From Cyanophora paradoxa CCMP329 (taxonomy: Eukaryota > Plantae > Glaucophyta): DNA of 64,000 bases. Positions 1 to 8,230 of this stretch are shown here, one piece after another. Numbering within the stretch: the stretch's first letter is position 1; the number at the start of each line of letters is the position of its first letter. The DNA lies in the NCBI GenBank assembly GCA_004431415.1, contig QPMI01000553.1:1-64000 (forward strand), given 5' to 3'. Below the pieces are notes generated by a model. It searched no databases. It was given only the letters and a program-made list of their open reading frames with translations, and had not been told where the DNA came from. The translations under genes and the position numbers were made by a program.

Positions 1-7
1 TACAAGA

Positions 8-1644
8 ATGCAGATGATTGCAGCAGGTGGAAACTTTGGAGCATTGGACACCAAACCAGGTATTTATTTGACAAGTTACTATGCTGATGACATCCCAATG
101 ACATCAGGATTACCACCACTCCCATCTGATCCAGTCAACTATGATGACAAAGATGCAGCAATCCAAATTAATGTTACTGATGTGAGTGATTTGGATGGTT
201 CAAGACCAAAATTAATATTCAGCAGGGAGAGACTGTTACCTGATGCTCTCATAGGAAATCGAGATGACTATAAGAGATGTGAGATGGCATGGATAAAAAC
301 GAATTATAATGGTGGAGTGGGTGAGGGAGTTTTAGAAATTAATCAAAGGGCAGCAGCAAAGAATATTCACAATGAGACCATATCAAGAGTGGTCACAGAG
401 GATTACCTGCAAGCCCAAAACTACATAGATGAAACAGAACTTAATACAATCATTGCAGGTATAGGAGTCACAGGAAATTACCTCCCTCTCACAGGTGGGA
501 TTATTGATGGAACAGTAACAGCATGCAATTTCTTGTCCACACTGAAAGCAATCAAACCTTCCTGTGGTTCACCCAGGAGGTGAGTATGAGATTCCAGATG
601 ATCCAGCTATCATGCCCATCAAGATTGATCTACCTTCTGATTATGTAGGAAGGGTGAACTGAAAACCATTTCATTTACAGGAGATTATAATGATCTCATT
701 AATAAACCTACTGCTGCAAATCTGCATCCTGTTGCATTTTCGGGAAGCTTCCTTGATCTTAATAATAGATCACACACCCACACAAAGGCAGAAATCACAG
801 ATTTCGCACACACCCACACCAAGTCCCAAATTACAGATTTTGCACACTATCACACCCGAGCAGATATTACGAATTTCGCTCACACTCATGTTAAATCAGA
901 GATATTAGATCTCGGAAATGTTGCATATGTTGGTCACACCCATACAAAGGCAGAGATTACAGATTTTGCTCACAATCACACAAAGGCAGAGATTACAGAT
1001 TTTGCACACACTCATGATTGGAATACAGATATCTATAACAAACCTGCAATTTTCTCAGGCAACTACAATGATCTTACCAATAGACCAACTCTTGATCCTT
1101 CACAGCAACCACAATTAGAGCCAACAACACAATGTATGTAGGATCAGGTCAGATTGTAGAACCAGCAGGACCTATGTTTGAAGAAACATGGTTCTTCCAC
1201 AATTCGCAAAATTACTTTGATAAAACCTTACTTGTTCGTGGAAATGCTTATGCAAGAAATTCTATGCTATGAACCCTTCCAATATCAGACTATTAGTAGA
1301 TGTATCACAGAAGCAGATCTTTCCAGTCAACTCAATGCATATTTCAATGGGAAAATTCAAGCAGGAAAGTATGTTACACTACTCCTGTTTTGAATTACAA
1401 TAATTTATATGTGTTCAATCTAACTATCTATTTTACCAATGCCTTTGCTTCTCCTCCTGTTGTGACAGCAACAGTCAGGCATGAAGGACAAGAACCAAAT
1501 TATCAAGTAACTCCCGTCGTTTTTACTGTGAATTTGTTGAATGTTTACAGTGATTATTTCACTTGTGAACTTTTCACTGATCCATATGCAATGAATAATT
1601 CATCCAAAACTGTAACGATCCATTACATTGCTGTCGCAATTTAA
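8..1644 (+). CDS. Tail-fibre-like protein 1 (several frameshifts; true start may be upstream of window)
   Basis: YLPLTGGIIDGTV, TGDYNDLINKP / SGNYNDLTNRP and HTHTKAEITDFA repeats, all typical of phage fibres. C-terminal FTNAFASPPVVTAT...IHYIAV resembles gp53-like/H-type-lectin-like tips. Pieces lie in different frames. Confidence 0.7.
773..1015 (+). repeat. Coding tandem repeat, 36-nt unit (H-x-H-TKAEITDFA), about 6.5 copies
   Basis: Manual translation from 773: HTHTKAEITDFA HTHTKSQITDFA HYHTRADITNFA HTHVKSEILDL...HTHTKAEITDFA HNHTKAEITDFA HTH. This frame is absent from the ORF track because it has no start codon. Confidence 0.9.
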
Positions 1645-1663
1645 CTATTTCGTAATTATAAAG

Positions 1664-2731
1664 ATGACCTCTCTATTAGAAATCCCAAACTATGAACTTG
1701 CAGCCAAATCACTTCATAGCACCTCTCATGGAGTAGTTGATTCAACACCTGGGTATATTTGCACTGAAACTTCAAGTAATACCTCTTTCACAGAGAATAA
1801 TATACTCAGAGTCAAAGAAATTCGATGTGATCGAAATGGAGGCAAGATAAGAACCACAGGAATTATTATCTCGAATAAAATCAAGTTCAAGCAGGTCAAG
1901 TAGTCCCAGATTCAGCAGTGTATGATAATGTGGGTGGATTCACCACAGCAAAGATAGTAACTTTCGATAACACAATAAATAATTCGGCTCTTGTTGTCAA
2001 GAGTGGAGGAGCATACATTGGAGATGGGGCAAATGTTGCAGGGACTGTAACAGCGAATCAATTAAATGTGAATGGGACAAGTTCATTTACAGGATTGATG
2101 ACCTTCAATGGTGGACTCTTGGGAAATGTTAGCGTTGAAACTCGAAAAGCTACAACAAGAGTTAATGCACCTGAGATGGATAATGGGACAGATGCAAATG
2201 TGAATTATAAACGAAACGGAAATACCATTTTCACTCTCGAAAAGACAATAACAGATCTGAAAGCAATCACAATCCCGGAAAATAGTGGTCTGAAACGATC
2301 CTATTGTCCAAGAATGAATATATCAAGACAAGCTCCTGGTTTGACAGGGTCCATAATACTTACAGCTGGAACACCCTTTAACTTTATAAATGGAGCTTAT
2401 CTTGTAAACAATGAAGGAAACTTTTCATCCACAAAATTTACAGCTCCTGTTTCCGGAGTATATAGGGTGTTCTTTGCATGTATGAGAGCTGGCACAACCT
2501 CTTATACTCATATTGCTACCAGCATTTATTTAAATGGAAATCCTACAACCATCCAAACAAGGGTTCAATGCCGTCCGCAGGGATTTCTAATACATTTGTA
2601 ACTCCAATTTCATATGAAATTTTACTTTCTGTTATTGAAGGTGACTCCTTTGATATACGCAATTCTTCTGGAGCCAGTCTTCAATTTGATATCAGATACT
2701 ATTTTCTTGTTATCTTGTTACTGCTACATAA
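1664..2731 (+). CDS. Fibre/spike protein 2 with C-terminal C1q-like head (frameshifted)
   Basis: N-module KEIRCDRNGGKIRTT, SGGAYIGDG, beta-rich shaft; C1q-like N.GNFSSTKFTAPVSGVYRVFF; final strand FSCYLVTAT then stop at 2731. Confidence 0.7.
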
Positions 2732-2753
2732 TATTATCTGTATAATATAAAGA

Positions 2754-3772
2754 ATGTCCACACAAATAGCAGTTCCTGTTTTCTGTTATGCCGCCCAAAA
2801 ATACATCAACTGAACCATACAGTAACAGATGCAACACCTGGGTTTATTTGCACAGAAACAACAGGGGCTGATTCGTTTTCACAAAATTCTGTGATTAGAT
2901 GCAAAGAAATTCGATGTGATCGCAATGGGGAAAAATAAGAACCACAGGACTCATTGTATCTAACAAGAACCAAGTCCAATCAGGTCAAATTGTTTCAGAT
3001 ACAGCAATTTATGACAATGTGGGAGGGTTCACCACACCCAAAATAGTTACTTTTGATAATACAATTAATAATGCTGCTCTTTCAGTTAGAAGTGGAGGGG
3101 CATATATTGGAGATGGGGCAAGGATTGATGGAACTCTAACAGCCAATCAAGTAAACATTACAGGAACAAGCACATTTACAGGTTCAGTAACAGCCAATGG
3201 AGGCATAAGTATTCCAGAAACAACACAATCGATAATAACAGCAACTTCCAAGGTGGTCACACCTGAAATCGATACAGGAGCAAATGTGAATCTTGTTTTG
3301 AAACGCAACAGTGATATTATGGCTACTCTGGAAGCCAATCGCTTGACAATCAACACAAATTGTTATTTAAAATATGACTATCAGCCTCGATTTTCTGTTC
3401 AACTTAATTATCCTCATGTTGCTACCAGTGAAACTGCTCTTATCAATTGGGGAGTAGTGTTTGTGAATAATAGGGGGCATTCAATGTCAGTAATGGAAGG
3501 TTCACTGCTCCTGTTGCAGGTCATTACAGATTTACAGCATATACCCATTCAACTTCAAGTAGTCCAATAAGTCTCTCTTTAAAAGTAAATGACCAAGACC
3601 CAGGGGTCAAAGTATCATAACACAAAATGACTCAACTCTTACGAATAAACCGCTTTACATTAGTGTAATTCTTAACATTGCTATGGGTGAGTATATAACA
3701 CTTGTAACAAATAATGGGGGTAGCTACACAAATCGAACAACATTCACAGGTGAACTTTTGAGTGTCACATAA
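2754..3772 (+). CDS. Fibre/spike protein 3, paralog of protein 2 with divergent C1q-like head (frameshifted)
   Basis: DATPGFICTET...KEIRCDRNG, YDNVGGFTTPKIVTFDNTINN, SGGAYIGDG; FTAPVAGHYRFT in a shifted frame; ends FTGELLSVT-stop. Confidence 0.7.
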
Positions 3773-3794
3773 ATTTTCTCTTTATAAAGTAGGA

Positions 3795-4061
3795 ATGTCG
3801 AATATCTACCAAGTAGTTCTCTCAGATACTGAGAAGCTGGGAATGGAATTCTGTGCAGCTTCTGTTCAGGATTGGATTGATAATGTGGTTCATAACAGGG
3901 CAAGAATTGCAATTGATGATATTGTTCAGAAAGAGATCCAGTCTTGCATTGCATCAGGAATTCAAATACCAACCTCAAAGGAAGCCATCGTTTTACAGGC
4001 ATTCCAAAGGGGAACTGTAAAGAAAGGTATCGAATATAATTATGTCACAGAAGAACAATGA
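3795..4061 (+). CDS. Small phage-type fibre-associated protein (88 aa)
   Basis: Clean ORF MSNIYQVVLSDTEKLGMEFCAASVQDWIDNVVHNRARIAIDDIV...IPTSKEAIV. From memory it resembles small proteins found next to C1q-tipped fibres in aquatic phages; not verified by search. Confidence 0.6.
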   Translation: MSNIYQVVLSDTEKLGMEFCAASVQDWIDNVVHNRARIAIDDIVQKEIQSCIASGIQIPTSKEAIVLQAFQRGTVKKGIEYNYVTEEQ

Positions 4062-4096
4062 ACATTATTTTTCTTTCCTTCTTAGTAAAAGAAGCA

Positions 4097-4960
4097 ATGG
4101 GTGAATATAATCGAGTTCAACTGCCTATATATTCCCTTGGATCCCCTGCAATGCATTTTCGCCAGCATGAAGTAAATGATGAGGTTCGTGTTTAGAATCC
4201 ACAGAGAGACCCAATTCCAATGGCAACTCCTTTGATAAAAATTCGATTATTCGAGTTAAAGAGCTGAGAGCTGATAAGAATTCTGGTGTGGTTAAAACAA
4301 CTCGACTTCTTGTCACAAATGCTAACTTTTTCCAGCCTACCAATGGAGGTCCTGATGCTTACAGTGTTGATCTGAAAGCCCTTGATTTCGATAAGAATTC
4401 TGCTGCTGTTACTGTGAGATCAGGAGGAGCATTTATTGGGGTGGCTGTCGAATTTCAGGTCAGCTTTCATCCTCAATTTCGTATAATGATGTCCCAGATA
4501 CTCTAGAGCAAAATGTAGAAGACCCCAACGAATTCGATTATATACTCCTGTTGCACAGCAGCCATTAATTCAATTTTACATTGGATATACTGTTACTCTT
4601 GAAAACTCGGAATTAATTGAAGGAACCAAAAGAGTACTGAGAGGTCTTGCGATTCCATCTGCAATGCTTTCCCTTTGTAGAGCCAACAACAATCAAGTAG
4701 GTCATAGATACTATTTCAATGTTCAGGGATATAATCATTTCGGTTATGGCTACTGTGTTTATAATAATAATTTCACCTTTGACTTGTTTGTTACTGATAT
4801 TGGGTTATATACTATAACTCTTATCGGTTTGAGAACAGATATAGCCGCTGTATCAGCTCTTAGAGGTGTAACTCCTGATACTCTTTCAGTTACAGGGTTT
4901 TACATGGAGCCAGATGTAATTGATGACCCAACCCATAAAAGATATATCCCTTTAATGTAA
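4097..4960 (+). CDS. Fibre/spike protein 4 (frameshifted)
   Basis: NSFDKNSIIRVKELRADKNSGVVKTTRLLVTN and AVTVRSGGAFIG shared with paralogs; the C-terminus (...LIGLRTD) is related to protein 5 rather than to C1q. Confidence 0.65.
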
Positions 4961-4961
4961 A

Positions 4962-5792
4962 ATGGCTGAGCAACCCCCACTTGAACGAATTATTACACCT
5001 CAACTATCATTAGCTGCCCCAGCAAACCATGTTTTACAGCATGCTACCTTTGATGATGTAGAGGGTCTCCAATCCACAGAGGTCCAACCTACAATGAACA
5101 CCTTTGGTTCCACCCACAAACTGAGATTACAGGAACTCAGATGTGATAAAAATAATGGAATAGTTAAGACAACTAAGCTACTTGTCACAAATGCAAACTT
5201 TTCTGCTCATTATGGAGACCCAGATAGCTATGGAGATCCTCTGTCTACTTATTCTTTGAATCTAGGTCGGGAGCTATTAACTGCAAATCGGGGGAGCATA
5301 TATTGGGGATGGTCTTAGGGTTGGTGGGGCTGTTGGAGCGCCTTTATTTGTGAATGATCAACCCAATCCCATTGATCCCAACACAAGAATTCGAACCTAT
5401 GTCCCCAGCATGAATGCCCCTATATAATAAAAATATTCCCCATTGTTGTAAATGAACAAACAGCAGTAGTAGACTCTCTTGTTGAAATTGGTGACCACTA
5501 CAAGGTAGTTGTGGATATCCCACCAGATGTTTATGCTCTTTGTCAAGTAGAGGGTGGAACTCCTAATTTTGCTGTTGTGATCACCCCATATGATAATTTC
5601 GGAATTGCTTATCATGGAGTCAATTTTGGTTTGGAAGATTATCAGTTTCTGGTTAGAGCCACCAAGTTTGGTATCTACAAGTGTGTATTATATGCTGAGA
5701 GAACCGATTTTATTGCAAAGCAGAATACCTATGCTGAATACTATGGGACAAATCGATATTTCCCCATTTTTGGGCAGGATACTGCTCCATAA
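4962..5792 (+). CDS. Fibre/spike protein 5 (frameshifted)
   Basis: LRLQELRCDKNNGIVKTTKLLVTN and AYIGDG. C-terminal VDIPPDVYALC...VVITPYDNFG...LYAERTD resembles beta-rich C-terminal domains of viral fibres. Confidence 0.65.
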
Positions 5793-5814
5793 GAATATTG
5801 GTTATATATAGAGT

Positions 5815-6086
5815 ATGGATAGTAAAACAAAAAAGTTTATTGATGCTGCTATGACAGTTCATGGTAAAGATAAATTCGATTACAGTGAGACACATTACAT
5901 CAAAGCTCAAGAGAAAGTATCTGTTAGATGTTTGCAGTGTAACAAGGTGATCCTTACATATCCCTTTAATCATGTGAAGGATCAGGTTGTAGGGAATGCA
6001 ACAAAAAGCATTCTCAGGCTTACAGGAAAAGGGCTACTTCATCAATCAAAGTAGAGTACAGGGATATTTGCATTAGGTTCGATTAG
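5815..6086 (+). CDS. DUF723-like zinc-binding repeat protein (one frameshift near 5975)
   Basis: FIDAAMTVHGKDKFDYSETHY...KVSVRCLQC...PFNHV then GSGCREC in the next frame: the VHG-x-YDYS...C..H...GC..C pattern of viral homing-endonuclease-associated domains. No nuclease domain visible. Confidence 0.65.
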
Positions 6087-6115
6087 GATTAATTAATTTT
6101 TCTAAGGTATTCTTA

Positions 6116-6514
6116 ATGGAGACTAAATACAGAGGCTTTCATGTAATGCTTGATTACAAGGCTAAAACAGCTATAGCAACAGGCTATGAGCATGTTAGCT
6201 TTCTTGGTAATTGGATTATGAGAACCCTTGAACAAGCTATATTGAGACAAGGTATTAGGATTGTTCATAAACATTGTGAGATATTTGATGGGAAACTATC
6301 ACCTCCTGGTTTTGCATTGGTTCTGCTATTAGATGAAAGCCATTGTACAGCTCATTGTTATTCCAATGAAGGCATGTTAGCAATTGATATATTCAGTTGT
6401 GGTAAAGAAGCTCAGCATAAAACACAAGCAGTAGCAGATGAGATCGATAAAACAATGAATTTCCTCACATTTGAGAAGACTGAGAGACATAAACATGATA
6501 GATTCCCGTTTTGA
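6116..6514 (+). CDS. speD: S-adenosylmethionine decarboxylase proenzyme, prokaryotic class 1B type
   Basis: Intact 132-aa ORF with GFHVMLD, PPGFALVLLLDESHCTAHCY (E-S self-cleavage site) and IDIFSCG motifs. Confidence 0.88.
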   Translation: METKYRGFHVMLDYKAKTAIATGYEHVSFLGNWIMRTLEQAILRQGIRIVHKHCEIFDGKLSPPGFALVLLLDESHCTAHCYSNEGMLAIDIFSCGKEAQHKTQAVADEIDKTMNFLTFEKTERHKHDRFPF

Positions 6515-6892
6515 TGAGTTTCTATAATGATGATCAGGGTGATTCTTTACGATAGAAATTCTACTGTATGATGTAGCCGAAATATGAATGCACCCTACAT
6601 TAAGCAATGTCAAGTATTTCGAATACTATTCGATTTCATTACAGTAAAACTCAACATTCCCCTTCATTCCCCCTATTATATTATATTTATATTTAAGTGG
6701 ACTCAAGGTTGACTCATATTAATCGTAAAAGTAGTAATAGTATATGGATTTTGTTACGAATTCAATGCAAGGGTTGACTAAGTGGGTTGAGTTGACTCAA
6801 ATTTCACAGGAAATAACAATGAATCAGAGTATAAATGAATTTTTTGAATCAACTACACCAACTAACACTGATATTTTCAACAATATATGAGG

Positions 6893-7199
6893 TCCTTACT
6901 GAATATGGTAAGTGTCACAGGTGTCACAGGTCTATCCCAAAGTTTTCTATAGCATACAAATGAACTCTCAAAAGTTTGGGATGGACCTGTGACACCTGTG
7001 ACACCTGTGACACTCGATTATTTCATTTGTTTATTCAATTAGAATTACATAGATTAGATTGAGACTGAGTTTTTCATTATAAAAGAGATCCTTACTGAAT
7101 ATGGTAAGTGTCACAGGTGTCACAGGTCTATCCCAAAGTTTCTCCTATAAAGAGTAAATTTCCAAAAGTTTGGGATGGACCTGTGACACCTGTGACACC
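6893..7199. repeat. Two direct copies of an iteron-bearing inverted repeat (6893-7014 and 7089-7199)
   Basis: Both copies read TCCTTACTGAATATGGTAA-(GTGTCACAG)x2-GTCTATCCCAAA...TTTGGGATGGAC-(CTGTGACAC)x2-3; arms conserved, loops of about 30 nt diverged. Confidence 0.95.
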
Positions 7200-7280
7200 C
7201 AATTATTCATCAAATTCCTAAGGGTCCCCCTTAGACTCATTAAAACATGATAATAACATATCAATTTCATGTATAATTAC

Positions 7281-7450
7281 GATTGGATTCAATAAGAGAT
7301 CTATTTGTTTTATTAAACAAATGAATCTTATATGGATCTTAATCGAGTTAAGCGATATGTTTACGATTAAATGAATTAAATTTAATTAAATTTAATCGAG
7401 AAAGTACATGAATATAATATCGATTAAATCAATTAACAAAAAGACCAATC
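7281..7450. repeat. AT-rich imperfect inverted repeat centred near 7381
   Basis: GATTGG(7281)/CCAATC(7450), TTAATCGA/TCGATTAA, CGATTAAAT/ATTTAATCG and AATTAAA/TTTAATT pair in nested order. Confidence 0.65.
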
Positions 7451-7733
7451 ACACATAGTAAAATGCGGAGTTTTAACCAGAGGCAAGATCTAATTGAGAT
7501 TCAGTTATATTATTCGGAATTTTATACAGATTATCGATAGACTCAGTAAGAATAATCGGAAAATAAGAGAAATTTACGATAAAATATCGAAAAGAATACA
7601 AAATAATCGAAATAATTGAATATTCGATAAGATATACACAGATTATCGATTGATTGAAATAGAATATACGAGATATATCAACAAAATCAATTAAGATAAG
7701 CCGAGGGTTAAAACTCCGCATTTTACTATGTGT
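7451..7733. repeat. Terminal hairpin: perfect 28-bp inverted repeat enclosing an imperfectly self-complementary 227-bp core
   Basis: ACACATAGTAAAATGCGGAGTTTTAACC (7451-7478) is the exact reverse complement of 7706-7733; inner blocks (GGC, ATC, TAATTGA, ATCGATA, ATCG) continue to pair in register. Confidence 0.9.
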
Positions 7734-8230
7734 TGTCGCACTCCGTTCGAATTCGCAGGCTAGTGGACTGGAGCTCGGGGAGCTCAGCGAGGCGGCCGCA
7801 TGTACGTGTACGTGTGCGTGTGCAGCTGACCGCGGCCGCGGACGCACTGCACCTCCAAATAAACTGCGCATGCGCCTGCAGCCGCCGGGCCATGGACAGC
7901 TCGCGGCGCCGGCGCCGGCCGCGGCCGCGGCCGGAATTCGAACGAGCCCTGGAACCGCGCGCGGATGCGACTCGCCGTGGAGACGCAGTGAGCTCCTGCA
8001 CGCGGCGCCTTGGCTTGATTTTCAAGTTCTATAGCTACATCTAGAATTTTAGAGGCCCCGCGCGCGGCGCGAGTACAATCTCCGTCTTGACGCATACGCG
8101 TTCGTGCGCAGCTCTAGATCTGAATCTGCACGAGTGCAGCTTAAGGCAGGGTGCCGCCGGCGCCGCTGGAGCGCCACCGTTCTGCGACGAGTCTAGCTGC
8201 ACGAGGCCGCCGGCGCCGGCGCCGCAAGCG

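Larger units (their letters stand above)
1..7733 (+). mobile_element. Endogenous viral element, right-hand end (left part outside window)
   Basis: Abrupt switch from AT-rich, CpG-poor, intron-free, tightly packed co-directional ORFs to GC-rich intron-rich DNA at about 7733; fibre-like genes with phage/virus motifs; structured non-coding terminus. No capsid, integrase or polymerase seen in the window. Confidence 0.85.

Noticed and set aside
773-1015. ORF-track proteins 690-908 and 918-1118
   Set aside because: They are off-frame readings of the HxH fibre repeat.
1664-5792. Shufflon or diversity-generating retroelement acting on fibre tips
   Set aside because: All genes are co-oriented with their own starts; no inverted cassettes, no near-identical template/variable repeat pair, and no recombinase or reverse transcriptase in the window.
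6893-7199. CRISPR-like array (conserved repeats with variable inserts of about 30 nt)
   Set aside because: Only two units, the variable part is a loop between inverted arms rather than a spacer between direct repeats, there are no cas genes, and the context is eukaryotic.
7451-7733. Independent MITE at the junction
   Set aside because: No target-site duplication (CCAATC versus TGTCGC), the composition matches the viral side, and the interior is itself self-complementary. Disfavoured but not excluded.
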